A stretch of DNA of 64,000 nt from positions 1,024,001 to 1,088,000 of the forward strand of contig CAWIBO010000002.1 of NCBI GenBank assembly GCA_963834385.1, written 5' to 3'. Positions 20,302 through 30,497 of the stretch are shown here, in pieces; the stretch's first letter is position 1; every line of letters begins with the position of its first letter. Both the position numbers and the translations under genes were made by a program. Source of the stretch: an uncultured Verrucomicrobiae bacterium. Its GTDB lineage: Bacteria > Verrucomicrobiota > Verrucomicrobiia > Chthoniobacterales > UBA10450. Below the pieces are notes generated by a model. The model ran no database searches. It saw only the letters and a list, made by a program, of their open reading frames with translations, and was not told where the DNA came from.

Positions 20302-20773
20302 ATGAGACACCAGAAGAAAACCGTCAAACTCGGCCGCACCGCCGAGCATCGAAAGGCGCTCCTGGCCAACCAGGTCTGCAGCCTGATCAAGCATCAACGC
20401 ATCAAGACCACCCTGGCCAAGGCCAAGGCGGTCCGCCCGCTCGCGGAGAAAATGGTCACGCTCGGAAAGAAAAATTCTCTGCACGCCCGCCGCACCGCCC
20501 TCGCCGTTCTCCGGCAAAAAGAGGCGGTCAAGGATCTCTTCGAGAAGATCGCTCCCCGCACCGCCGACCGAAAAGGGCGGTTACACCCGCATCATCAAGC
20601 TCGGCCAGCGCAAAAGCGACTCCGCTCCCATTGCCTTCCTGGAATGGGTCGACGCCGAAGTTTCCACCGAAGCCGCTCCCGTCGAGGAGACCGGCAAAAA
20701 GGCGAAGGCGGCGAAGCCCGCCGCCGAGACCGCCGGGAAGACCAAGGCGCGGAAGACCGAAGCCGCCAAGTAG
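20302..20773 (+). CDS. rplQ: 50S ribosomal protein L17, frameshifted near 20575 (likely sequencing error)
   Basis: MRHQKKTVKLGRT...IKTTLAKAK; after the shift GGYTRIIKLGQRKSDSAPIAFLEWVD and an Ala/Lys tail to TAG 20773. Confidence 0.95.
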
Positions 20774-20790
20774 ATCCTCGTTCCCGTTTC

Positions 20791-20820
20791 ACAGGGGCTC
20801 GCCCGGAGGCGAGCCCCTGT
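20791..20820 (+). terminator. Intrinsic terminator-like hairpin after rplQ
   Basis: Perfect 13-bp stem ACAGGGGCTCGCC-CGGA-GGCGAGCCCCTGT; weak U tract. Confidence 0.7.
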
Positions 20821-20842
20821 TGCTGTACGGACAACGCTACGC

Positions 20843-20971
20843 TGTCCCAGAAATGGAACATCCGATTCCCAGCCTCGTCGTTTGGTTGTTTCATTTGCGG
20901 GACGCACAATTTTGTAAATAACTGAATGGTAGTTGTTTGTGACTTTCATGAAAGTTGGCACGAAGAGTGCA
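20843..20971 (+). promoter_or_regulatory. Sigma54 promoter with two enhancer-like sites and an IHF-like site
   Basis: TTGGCACGAAGAGTGCA (GG-N10-GC) at 20955-20971; TGTCCCA-N4-TGGAACA 20843-20860; TGTTTCA-N4-CGGGACG 20887-20904; AT-rich IHF-like tract about 20910-20935. Confidence 0.75.
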
Positions 20972-21001
20972 TTTACAGAGGCCGTAACCCAAGCAAACAC
21001 C

Positions 21002-21232
21002 ATGAACACAATCAACTCCCCCAAACTCCCCTCCACCTACAGCCTCCTCGCCCACGAGGAACAAGCCGAAGCCGGCCGGAACCTCTTCGAGGCGGCCATC
21101 TACGGTCTCTTCCTCATCTGCACCGTGGTCACGGTCTGGCAGGTGGCCATGCAGGCAACCACACTCCCCCGGCTTGAACGCGCTCCTGTCTTCAAGGTCG
21201 CGCAGGCCAGCAGCTCCCAGCAACCCGGCTAG
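21002..21232 (+). CDS. 76-aa single-TM hypothetical protein
   Basis: MNTINSPKLPSTYSLL...FEAAIYGLFLICTVVTVWQVAM; C-ending codon bias; sits below the sigma54 promoter. Confidence 0.75.
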   Translation: MNTINSPKLPSTYSLLAHEEQAEAGRNLFEAAIYGLFLICTVVTVWQVAMQATTLPRLERAPVFKVAQASSSQQPG

Positions 21233-21252
21233 GGCCAGCACGGCCCGGCCAA

Positions 21253-21283
21253 CGGCTGCTCTCCCGCGGCGGACGAGCAGCCG
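21253..21283. terminator. Hairpin between convergent genes
   Basis: CGGCTGCTC...GAGCAGCCG 9-bp stem; no U tract. Confidence 0.35.
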
Positions 21284-21301
21284 GGGTTGCCTGAGCCTTT
21301 T

Positions 21302-21754
21302 TCAGCGCAGGCTGACCAGGTTCCATTTCACCTCGCCCGCCGCGGAAATCTGAAGGTGCGCCGCGCTTGCCGGGGCGCCGCGATTCGGCCGGGTCACGCA
21401 GCCCGGATTCAGGAACAGGACCGATCCGACCCGCTCGTAACGGGGCACGTGGGTGTGCCCGTGCAGGAGCAGATCAACTCCCGCCGGCGGTTTCTCCGGC
21501 GGGATATGCTGCAATCGAATTGCGAGCCCCTGCCGCCGCAGGTCGCGCACCAGCGGCCAGTCGGCGCAACTGTCACAGTTCCCGCGCACAACCTCCATGG
21601 GCGGTCCCACGGCCGCGATTTCATCGAGTAACGCCGGCGCGCAGACATCCCCAAGGTGCCAGATCTCGTCCGCCCCCGCGGCCAGTTCCTCCAGCCGCGG
21701 TGGCATTTTATCGTGCGTGTCGGCCAGGACAAGGATGCGCAACTCTTTCGGCAC
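21302..21754 (-). CDS. YfcE-type metallophosphoesterase
   Basis: LADTH, HLGDV, VRGNCD, HGHTHVP, LNPGC. Confidence 0.9.
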   Translation of the reverse strand: MPKELRILVLADTHDKMPPRLEELAAGADEIWHLGDVCAPALLDEIAAVGPPMEVVRGNCDSCADWPLVRDLRRQGLAIRLQHIPPEKPPAGVDLLLHGHTHVPRYERVGSVLFLNPGCVTRPNRGAPASAAHLQISAAGEVKWNLVSLR

Positions 21755-21861
21755 GCGGCACGATACCCTCTTTGCCCGGTCCACCCAAGCGGCCCGCTCC
21801 GCGCCCCGCAGAGTCGTCTCCCGGCCATTGTGCCGGGGCGTTCTCCGCGTAACGTCCCCCG

Positions 21862-23081
21862 GTGTCTTTCAACGATTTTGGCCTTTCTCCTGAAGTGGTC
21901 CGCGGCACCCAGGCGATGGGGTTCAGCGAGCCGACCCCGATCCAGCTTCGCGCTTTTCCGATCATTCTTTCCGGCCGGGACCTGATCGGGACCGCCCAGA
22001 CCGGCACGGGCAAGACGGCGGCTTTTGCCCTGCCCATTCTCACCCTCCTGGCGGAGCACGGGGCGCTTGCGCTGCCTGGTCCTGGAGCCGACCCGCGAGC
22101 TGGCCGCCCAGGTGGAAACCGCTTTCCGCGATTACGGGCGGTTTACCGAGTTAAAGGTAACGGTAATTCACGGCGGTGTCGGTTACGGCAAACAGCGGGA
22201 AGACCTCAAGAACGGGGTGGACGTTGTGGTGGCGACGCCCGGCCGCCTGCTGGACCATCTCGAGCAGGGGACAATGAACCTGCGCCAGGTGTCGATCCTG
22301 GTCCTCGACGAGGTGGATCGCATGCTCGACATGGGCTTCCTGCCTGACGTTCGCCGGATCGTGAACCAGATTTCGACCGACCGGCAGACCCTGCTGTTTC
22401 TCCGCGACCCTTCCTCCCGAGATTGAGCGTCTCGCGGCCGGCGTCCTGCGCGATCCGGAAACGGTGGAAATCGGGGCGCGCCGCATGCCTGCGGAGACCG
22501 TCACCCATGCCGTCTACCCGGTGGCGGCCGAACAAAAATTCGACCTCCTGATGGCTTTGCTCGAACGGACGAACTACGACAGCGCGCTCATCTTCTGCCG
22601 GACGAAGCATGGCGCGGACAAGATCGCGGTGAAGTTGAAACAGGCCAAGCACTCCGTGGCGGTCCTGCATTCGAACCGGACGCAGCGTGAACGCGTGGAG
22701 GCGCTGGAAGGGTTCAAGTCCGGCAAGTATGAGGTCATGGTCGCGACCGATATTGCCGCGCGCGGGATCGACGTCGCCGGGGTGAGCCATGTGATCAATT
22801 ACGATGTCCCCGAGCATCCGGAAGACTACGTGCACCGGATCGGGCGCACGGGACGGGCCCAGAACGTCGGCGACGCTTTCACCCTCATGAACGGCGAGGA
22901 GCTTTCCGCCCTGCAATCAATCGAGCGCTTTATTGGCCAGCGCATCGCGCGACTGAAGATTGACGGTTTTCCCTATCTTTACACCGCGCTTTTCGAGCCC
23001 GAGGTGGTGCCGTTGCCGGGCAAGCGCGCCTTCGGCGGCCGCACCCACAGCGGGATCGCCCGCGGGCGGCGGCGGCGCTGA
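21862..23081 (+). CDS. rhlE: DEAD-box RNA helicase (RhlE-like), frameshifted near 22065 and 22399
   Basis: Q motif [37 protein letters not shown], (F)SAT, ARGID and HRIGRTGR spread over three frames. Confidence 0.88.
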
Positions 23082-23091
23082 GGCCACGTTT

Positions 23092-23592
23092 CTAAGAAGC
23101 GATCCGGAAAGCCTCGCGCGCCGCGGCCAGCCGGAACCGCTCCACTTTTTCCCGCTGCGCGAGCGCGCGTTGTTCCAGCACCTCGAAATCCTCCGTGCCC
23201 AGCTCCGGATGCGACTCGGTGATCACCCCGAGGGCGCGCCAGAGCAGTTGTTTGCCCGTGATCCCAAGCGCCAGCACTTCCAGCGCCTCGAGTAGGCCCG
23301 ACCCTTTTAGTTCGCGGTGCCCCAGGCCAAGGCGGGCCTGCCCAACTTTCTCCGCCAGCCACGCTCCCGCTTTCCGGATCGTACTTTCCCCATGACCCAG
23401 ACGCCCCAGTAAATTTTTCAGGATTTCCTGGTCGGCATTCACGTCTTCATGCAGTTCTTTCATGAAGCGCGCCAGGTCCGTTCCCTCCATTTTTTCGCGC
23501 ACATGCTCGATCAGTTCGAGCGCGCCAACGGACCCGGCCAGATGGTCGTTTAGGTAGCCCGCGAGGTCATCCGCGCTTTGCGAATCGTTCAT
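23092..23592 (-). CDS. Conserved hypothetical protein, possible ferritin-like helical bundle
   Basis: YLNDHLAGSVGALEL...LEVLALGITGKQLLWRAL; all-helical character. Confidence 0.75.
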   Translation of the reverse strand: MNDSQSADDLAGYLNDHLAGSVGALELIEHVREKMEGTDLARFMKELHEDVNADQEILKNLLGRLGHGESTIRKAGAWLAEKVGQARLGLGHRELKGSGLLEALEVLALGITGKQLLWRALGVITESHPELGTEDFEVLEQRALAQREKVERFRLAAAREAFRIAS

Positions 23593-23711
23593 ACCCTCTA
23601 TTCGCGCCCGCCTGCTGGCGGGGTCGCTCCCGGCTTCCGGTCCATCTGATGAATGTATGGCCTCTCGTTATTGCCTTGCTCGCTCCCGCCGCTCCCTCGA
23701 CTGGTACGGCC

Positions 23712-24368
23712 ATGAATCTCGGGAGACTCTGTCTCTATGCGGTCCTGCCGGCCTTTTTCCTGCCCGGCGAGCTTTCCAGCGCCACGGCGTGGCGCGCGGA
23801 GGGTCAGGTCAGGGGAGTCGCCATCTCAAGCCGGGTCCGCCCAGGCTCGACCCTGAAGGAGTTCCGGGGGATTGGCCTGATCAAGGCCGCTCCCGCGGTG
23901 GTGCATGCCGTGATCGAAGACCGCGAGAAGTATCCCTCCTTCATGCCTTACACCGCGGAGAGCCGGATCGTAAAACGGAGAGGATCGGTCCTCTTTAACT
24001 ATCAGAGACTCGCGCTGCCGATGATGAAGGACCGCGATTACACCGTGCGCGTCCGGAGATCACGAGAGCGCTCGCCCGCAGGCCCCGTCTTCTTCATCCG
24101 CTGGGAAGCGGCCGATGAAACGGGACCGCCGCCGCGGCCTGGCATCACCCGGGTCCATCTTTGCGAGGGGAGCTGGCGCCTGGAGCCCGTTTCGGAAGGC
24201 GTCACCCGCGCCACTTACACCATCTACACCGATACCGGCGGCGCCGTCCCGGCTTTTGTGGCAAACTTTGGCGGGCGCATCGGAATCGGTAAACTCTTCG
24301 AGGCCGTGCGCCGTCGCGCCCTTGACCCGACGCTCCACCAACTCATCCCAACCCTGACCTTTTTCCCC
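23712..24368 (+). CDS. Secreted START/SRPBCC lipid-binding domain protein (runs in frame into the next gene)
   Basis: KEFRGIGLI, YPSFMPY, YQRLALPMMKDRDY, EGSWRLEP, TDTGGAVP; no stop before the next signal peptide. Confidence 0.8.
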
Positions 24369-25658
24369 ATGTCCTTTCGCCTCATCCCTCTCGCCACCAG
24401 CCTGCTGATTTTCTCCTCTTTCACGGTCGAGGGTCGCAAGCCCGAGCCGGTCAGCCGCATCGCGGAAGGTTACGCGCAGCTTGTCCTCGCGCTCGGGCAG
24501 CACGACGCCGATTACGTCGACGCCTTTTATGGGCCGGCCGCCTGGAAGGAGGAAGCGGCCCGGGAGAAAAAGCCGCTCGCCGCCATCGCCACCTCCGCCG
24601 CACGCTTTGTCGAGGAGCTGGCGCAATTGCCGACCCCGACACCGGAAATCGAAAGGCTGCGGCGCGAATACCTCCAAAAGCAGCTGGGGGCGTTGCAGGC
24701 ACGGCTTCGCCTCATGCAGGGCGCGAAAATGTCGTTCGACGAGGAATCGCGCGCGCTTTATGACGCGGTCGCGCCGTCACTCCCGGAGGCGCACTTCGAG
24801 GAGGTCCTGGAGCAACTGGCCACGAAGCTGCCGGGCAAAGGCCCGCTTTGGGAGCGTTACCAGGAATGGCGCCGGCCGTTTATCATCCCGCGGGAGAAAC
24901 TGGATGGCGTTTTCCAACTGGCCCTGACGGAAGCGCGCGACCGCACCCGGCGGCAGCTCGATCTGCCCGAGGGCGAAGCGTTCACCATTGAATACGTCAC
25001 GGACAAACCGTGGTCGGGCTACAACTGGTATCAGGGCGGATATCGCAGCGTCATCCAGATCAACACCGATCTGCCAGTCTACATCGACCGCGCGATGGAC
25101 CTGGCCGCGCACGAGGGTTATCCCGGCCACCACGTTTACAACGCTCTCCTCGAGAAAAACCTGGTGCGCGACCGCGGGTGGGTCGAGTTCATGGTCTATC
25201 CGCTCTTCTCCCCGCAGTCACTCATTGCCGAGGGCACGGCAAACTTTGGCAAGGAAATCATCTTCACCCCGTCGGAACGGCTGGCCTTCGAGCGCGAAGT
25301 CCTCTTCCCGGCCGCTGGCATCGATCCCACCCGCGCGGCGGAATACTACGAAGTGTTGGCCCTGGTCAAAAAGCTGGCCTACGCCCGCAACGAGGCTGCC
25401 CGGGCCTATCTGGAAGGCAAAATGGACCGGGCGCAGGCGCAACGGTTTCTGGAACGGTTCGCCCTGATGGATCCCGCGCGCGCAGAGCAATCGCTCAAGT
25501 TCATCGACCGCTACCGGAGCTACGTCATCAACTACAACCTCGGGGAGGACCTCGTGCGCGCCTACGTGGAGAAACGGGCGGGCAAGGAACCGGGAAAGCG
25601 GTGGAAAATCTTTGGGGACTTGCTCGCCTCTCCGCGGCTGCCGGGCAGCCTGGAATGA
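24369..25658 (+). CDS. Secreted DUF885-like putative metallopeptidase
   Basis: Own signal peptide MSFRLIPLATSLLIFSS; DLAAHEGYPGHH motif with downstream IAEG. Confidence 0.75.
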   Translation: MSFRLIPLATSLLIFSSFTVEGRKPEPVSRIAEGYAQLVLALGQHDADYVDAFYGPAAWKEEAAREKKPLAAIATSAARFVEELAQLPTPTPEIERLRREYLQKQLGALQARLRLMQGAKMSFDEESRALYDAVAPSLPEAHFEEVLEQLATKLPGKGPLWERYQEWRRPFIIPREKLDGVFQLALTEARDRTRRQLDLPEGEAFTIEYVTDKPWSGYNWYQGGYRSVIQINTDLPVYIDRAMDLAAHEGYPGHHVYNALLEKNLVRDRGWVEFMVYPLFSPQSLIAEGTANFGKEIIFTPSERLAFEREVLFPAAGIDPTRAAEYYEVLALVKKLAYARNEAARAYLEGKMDRAQAQRFLERFALMDPARAEQSLKFIDRYRSYVINYNLGEDLVRAYVEKRAGKEPGKRWKIFGDLLASPRLPGSLE

Positions 25659-26308
25659 CGGGCTCGACTGGACTCATGCGAAACAACCGCCTCGCCTTGG
25701 TCGTTGCCCTCTTCGTTCACGCCGGCGCAGCCTTTGCCTCCAATCCCGGCCCGGAATGGTCGAGGGAGACCGAGGAGGAACGCCTGACCATCTTCAGCCG
25801 GGCCCGTCCGGGTTCCGCGCAGAGGGAGTTCAGGGGGATCGGCGTTCTCGAGGCAACCCCGGCCACCGTGGCCGCACTGCTCGAAGATCGCTCCCGTTAT
25901 CCGGAGTTCATGCCTTATATCGCCGAATGCCGGGTGTTGCAGCGAAAGGGCGAGCGCCTGTTTGTTTATCAACGCTTGAAAGTGCCGTTGCTCAGCGATC
26001 GCGATTACACCCAGCAGGTGATCCAGACCACGCGCGCAAGCGAGTCCGGCCCGGTTTACGAAATCCGCTGGTCGCCCGCCAACGACCAGGGGCCTGCGCC
26101 GCTCCCCGGCGTGACGCGCCTGGACAACTTCGACGGGTCCTGGCTGCTGGAACCGACGCCCGACGGCGGCACGCGCGCAACCTTTACTGTCTTCACCGAA
26201 ACGGCCGGGTTGCCCGCCCTTTTTGCCAACAAAGGCACCCGCGCCAGCGTGGCCAAACTTTTCTCCGCGCTGCGACGGCGTTTGCGCACGGAGAAGGGCG
26301 CGGGCTGA
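25655..26308 (+). CDS. Second secreted START/SRPBCC-domain protein (paralog)
   Basis: ATGA overlap with the previous stop; REFRGIGVL, YPEFMPY, YQRLKVPLLSDRDY, DGSWLLEP. Confidence 0.82.
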   Translation: MTGSTGLMRNNRLALVVALFVHAGAAFASNPGPEWSRETEEERLTIFSRARPGSAQREFRGIGVLEATPATVAALLEDRSRYPEFMPYIAECRVLQRKGERLFVYQRLKVPLLSDRDYTQQVIQTTRASESGPVYEIRWSPANDQGPAPLPGVTRLDNFDGSWLLEPTPDGGTRATFTVFTETAGLPALFANKGTRASVAKLFSALRRRLRTEKGAG

Positions 26309-26315
26309 ATTGCCC

Positions 26316-27817
26316 ATGAGGGCCACCAAGCTGCCGGGTCGAAGCGGAGCGCGACGCTTCCTTCCGCCGCCCAGCCTTTGCCTGGCGGGAATGATCTTCC
26401 TCGGGGTTTTCGCGGTCTATTATCTGACCCGCAGCGCCGGCCTCGACGAGTGGGATTCAGTGCAATTCGCTTTGGGCGTGCGCGACTTTGATCTCGCTCG
26501 GGATCAACCGCATCCGCCCGGGTATCCGCTCTATATCCTGAGCGGCCGCGTCCTGGCCCTCGGCACGGGTGGCGATGTGGTCACGGCCCTGCTCATGGCG
26601 AGTTGCGCGGGAGGGGCGCTCTTCGTCGCGGCGTGGTTTGCGACTGGCCCGCCGGCATTTCGGGCCGGGGCCGGCGCTGTTGTTCGCGGGGGCGCTCGCC
26701 GCCGTCCCCATCGTCTGGATGACGTCGACCAGTGTGCTGACCGACAGTCCTGCGGCGGCCTTTCTCGCCCTCCAACTCCTCTTTGCGCATCGCTTTCGGG
26801 AGAACGGTCGGAGCCGTGAACTTGTTTCTTCCGTCCTGGCCGGGGCGGTGGCGACCGGGTTCCGCCCGCAATTTTTCATCATCGCCCTGGCCATCATGGG
26901 GCTGACCCTGGCCGGTCAGCGCGCCCGCGGAAGGACATGGTCGTGGGCGCACGCGCTTTATGTCCTGGGCTGTGCCTGCTGGCTGGTGCCGGTGAGCCTG
27001 TGGCAGGCCGCCAGGGATCAGGGCTCCATCTTTTCCTACGGACACCATGTTTATCGCCAGTGGCTCTGGCGGTTCGATAAGCCGCACGCTTTCGTGGGTG
27101 CAGGCAATGTTCACCGCGGAAGAGCTGGTTGACCGGCTGCGGAACCATTTCGTCGCCTGGTTCGACGTGGGCATGGGGCTCTCCTTTGACCAACTCAGTC
27201 TCATTCTGGGCGGCAGCCTGGTCGCGGGCGGATTCGTGCTTTACCTCGTCCGGTCACCCACGCGGGATCGTGATTTCTGGCGGCAGAACCTCCCGTGGGC
27301 GCTCCTGCATGTGGCCATCACGTTTTGTTTCCTGCCGTTCGATCAGCGGTATTACCTCCCCGTGTTTCCCCTTCTGCTCGCGCCCGTGGTGCTCGGCTTC
27401 GCCCGTCTCCCGTTTCCCTGGAACATTTTGCGCCTGGCGGTGCCGGCTCTTTTCCTCTGGATCTCCGTGCCGCTCGCGCTCGATAAGCACCGGGTCGAAC
27501 CGCCGCCAGTGCGGCTCCTCCGGTTTCTCCAGGAGCAGCATCCCGGGGATGGACTTGGCCAGGTGCGCTTCCTGACCCGAAGCGGGCGCCGTCATGCGGA
27601 ATGGTACGCGCCGGGCCTGGCGGTGGCGCTCCCGGGCGAATCCGGGGATCGGGAACATTTCCGCTTTCTTTACACTGACGATACGGAACTGGCGAAGAAG
27701 GAGCGCGGCCTGCCCCTGGCGACTTTCTGGCGTTCCAATTTGATCAACCCCAAACATACCGAGGTGACCTTGTATTTGCTGTCACGACCGGCAGGCCGCG
27801 AGCCCGCGGTGGATTAA
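26316..27817 (+). CDS. Polytopic GT-C fold glycosyltransferase-like protein (DUF2723/PMT-like), frameshifted near 26640 and 27105
   Basis: DEWDSVQFAL...QPHPPGYPLY after TM1, LTDSP, GFRPQ and QRYYLP across three frames. Confidence 0.72.
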
Positions 27818-27846
27818 ACATTGCTCGGCGCCCGGAATATCGATCC

Positions 27847-28344
27847 CTAGCCCGGACGCAGGCTCTTTAACAGGCTCTGCCGGGCTTTCTGGAGACGGCG
27901 CGTCATCACCTCGCTCATGCGCTTGAAGAGTTCGAACCCGAGGCCGTGGTCTCTCTCGCAATACTCCCTCAGGACGGTCCCGTAGAAAAACACAGCCGAA
28001 GTGTCGACCGCGGCGCGTGCGGTGAAGTGCCAGATATAGGGAGGAAAGAGCCAGGACCATCCCAGCAGATCCCCGTCTCCCACCCGGTCGATCTCGACCG
28101 CGCCCTCTGCAGTCTCGGATTGCAGGATCACTTCTCCCTCTTGAAGCAGATAGAAACGATTCGCTGTCTCACCCTGCCGGAAGATCACCTCGCCCGCCTT
28201 GAACCGGGTCTGCATCGCACAATCGATCAAAAGACGCAGTTGGTGGTCGTTCATCCCGAGAAGGAACGGATGCGCGCGAACCTCCTTCTCGAGAGGAGCC
28301 TGGTCGGGTCGTTCAGCCAATTCTTCAGCCGTGCGTGAGTTCAT
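27847..28344 (-). CDS. Cyclic nucleotide-binding (Crp-like, no HTH) protein
   Basis: FKAGEVIFRQGETANRFYLL, GDLLGWSWLFPPY, FTARA. Confidence 0.88.
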   Translation of the reverse strand: MNSRTAEELAERPDQAPLEKEVRAHPFLLGMNDHQLRLLIDCAMQTRFKAGEVIFRQGETANRFYLLQEGEVILQSETAEGAVEIDRVGDGDLLGWSWLFPPYIWHFTARAAVDTSAVFFYGTVLREYCERDHGLGFELFKRMSEVMTRRLQKARQSLLKSLRPG

Positions 28345-28666
28345 GGTGTTCCTCGAACCCCTGTTGATAAACCGCGCGCGGAGAGAGCCCATGGCAGCAT
28401 AGCGATGACCGGGCGGGGATGGCCCCATCGGTCGCAACTCGTCGCCGCCTTTGCCCCTAGTGGATGATGCAGGGAATCCGTGGGCCCATTTTCCTGATGG
28501 CCATGGAGCCGGTCGGCCGGATTCCGATGTCTTAAGCGGTCTGTTTTCATCTGCATCCAGGGTAACTAGGGACCGCGGAAAAGCGCCGCGCGGGGCTTGT
28601 GAAAAGCGCGGCGTTTCTTGCCCGGCGCTTGACGGAAATCCTCCCTGTCAGGATAACGCGGAAGAC

Positions 28667-29422
28667 TTGCAGGACTCTTTCCACACGGCCCGGCACAAAA
28701 GCGAGCACCTTCCCGAGGCAATCCGGCGCAGGCTGGGTCTGCAGCGGAGCCATGGCTATCTCGGGGACGCCATTCTTGGTGGGATTGACGGACTCGTCAC
28801 GACCTTCGCGGTGGTGGCAGGTTCGGTGGGGGCCGGCTTTTCGAGCACCATCATCATCATCCTCGGCTTCGCCAACCTGCTGGCCGATGGCTTCAGCATG
28901 GCGGTAAGCAACTACCTGGGAACCAGAAGCGAGAAAGAGCGTCTTGAACGCGAACGGGCCGTGGAGCTGGACCACATCTTGCGTTATCCCGAGGGGGAGC
29001 GGGAAGAGATCCGGCAGATCTTTTCCGCCAAGGGTTTCGCCGGGGATACCCTGGAGCGCATCGTGGAAACAATCGCGGCCAACCGGAATCTCTGGGTGGA
29101 GACCATGCTGCGGGAGGAGCTGGGACTGCAACTGTATCCCAGACCCGCCTTGCGCGCGGCTTTCGCGACCTTTGCCGCCTTCGCCCTTCTCGGTTTGCTG
29201 CCGTTGCTCCCGTTCCTCACGCCATTGACTCAGCCGCAGCGGTTTCTGGCCAGCTCCATGATCACGGCGCTGGCCTTTGCCGGTGTCGGAGTCGTGAAGG
29301 GGATGGTGCTAAGGAAATCCCCCGTTCGCGCCGGCCTGGAGACCCTGACCACGGGAGGAGCCGCCGCCGCGCTCGCTTACCTTGTCGGGTCCGCTTTGCG
29401 GCAGGCTTTCGGGATTGTTTAA
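28667..29422 (+). CDS. VIT1/CCC1 family Fe/Mn transporter
   Basis: DAILGGIDGLVTTFAVVAG, ANLLADGFSMAVSNYL, PEGEREEI; start uncertain (TTG 28667 chosen). Confidence 0.9.
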   Translation: MQDSFHTARHKSEHLPEAIRRRLGLQRSHGYLGDAILGGIDGLVTTFAVVAGSVGAGFSSTIIIILGFANLLADGFSMAVSNYLGTRSEKERLERERAVELDHILRYPEGEREEIRQIFSAKGFAGDTLERIVETIAANRNLWVETMLREELGLQLYPRPALRAAFATFAAFALLGLLPLLPFLTPLTQPQRFLASSMITALAFAGVGVVKGMVLRKSPVRAGLETLTTGGAAAALAYLVGSALRQAFGIV

Positions 29423-29489
29423 ACAATCGCTGCCCCTCTTTTGCCAAGGATCGGTGAGTGCTCGACGCGCCCTCCCTTAAGGTTATGGC

Positions 29490-30494
29490 ATGAAGACAAG
29501 TCATGAGGAAACCGGCGCCCGCACGCGCAGCAGCCCTCGCGCGCACTCGCCCACAAAACTTAAGCTCCAGACACTCCTGGTTCCGACTGATTTCTCCGAG
29601 GAATCCGAGAAAGGCGTTCGCTACAGCGTCGCGCTGGCCCGGGAATTTGGGGCCCGGCTCCACCTGCTTTATGCACATGAACCAGCCTACGTTTATGCCA
29701 TCCCTGCCCTGATGACGGCCGCGCCTCTCGGGGCGTTTGAGGAGATTGAAGACCGAGTACAGAAGAAAATGGCCGGGCTGATCAAGAAACAGAAGGCGCC
29801 GGGCACCACCAAAGTCCACGTGAAAACAGGGCCGGCGCACGAGATGATCACCACCGTGGCCGCTGAGAGCAGGGCCGACCTCATTTGCCTGGCCACCCAT
29901 GGTTACAGCGGCCTGAAGCGGCTTCTGCTGGGCAGCACTACCGAACGCGTGATCGAGCACGCGCCCTGCCCCGTCCTGGTCGTGCGGGAGACCGAACGCG
30001 ACCTGCTGCGGCCAGAAACAGAGTCCCTGATTGAGCGCATCATCGTCCCGGTCGATTTCTCCGCCAACTCCCAGGCCGGAGCCCGCTACGCCATCCGCTT
30101 CGCAGCATCCTGCGGCGCCGTCGTTGAGCTGGTCCATGCCGTCTACGTACAGCCCCCCATTCCCGCGGACCATCCTGCGGCCTTTCGGCAGATGCCCGCG
30201 CAAGGGGTGATCGAGCGGGCCAGCCGCCGAGCCATGAAGGATTTCGTCAAAGACCTTGGTCCCGTCCCGGTGAAGCTGACGACCCGGGTCCTGCTGGGGC
30301 GCCCGGCTTTTGAGATCTGCCGGCATGCCAATGACACCTCGGCGGATCTCATCATCAGTTCAACGCATGGCGAAACCAGTCTCCGTCATGTCCTTATCGG
30401 CAGCACCGCCCAGCATGTCGTTCGGCATGCCCCATGCCCGGTGCTGGTTGTTCCATGGGAGAAACGTCAGCCCGCCGCCCGGCGCGGTGTTTGA
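29490..30494 (+). CDS. Tandem universal stress protein (two UspA domains)
   Basis: LLVPTDFS...ATHGYSG...LLGSTTERV...PCPVLVV pattern present twice. Confidence 0.93.
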   Translation: MKTSHEETGARTRSSPRAHSPTKLKLQTLLVPTDFSEESEKGVRYSVALAREFGARLHLLYAHEPAYVYAIPALMTAAPLGAFEEIEDRVQKKMAGLIKKQKAPGTTKVHVKTGPAHEMITTVAAESRADLICLATHGYSGLKRLLLGSTTERVIEHAPCPVLVVRETERDLLRPETESLIERIIVPVDFSANSQAGARYAIRFAASCGAVVELVHAVYVQPPIPADHPAAFRQMPAQGVIERASRRAMKDFVKDLGPVPVKLTTRVLLGRPAFEICRHANDTSADLIISSTHGETSLRHVLIGSTAQHVVRHAPCPVLVVPWEKRQPAARRGV

Positions 30495-30497
30495 TCC

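Noticed and set aside
20302..20925. Extended L17 or programmed frameshift in rplQ
   Set aside because: Removing one base in the AAAAGGG run restores canonical L17; it matches the window-wide indel pattern.
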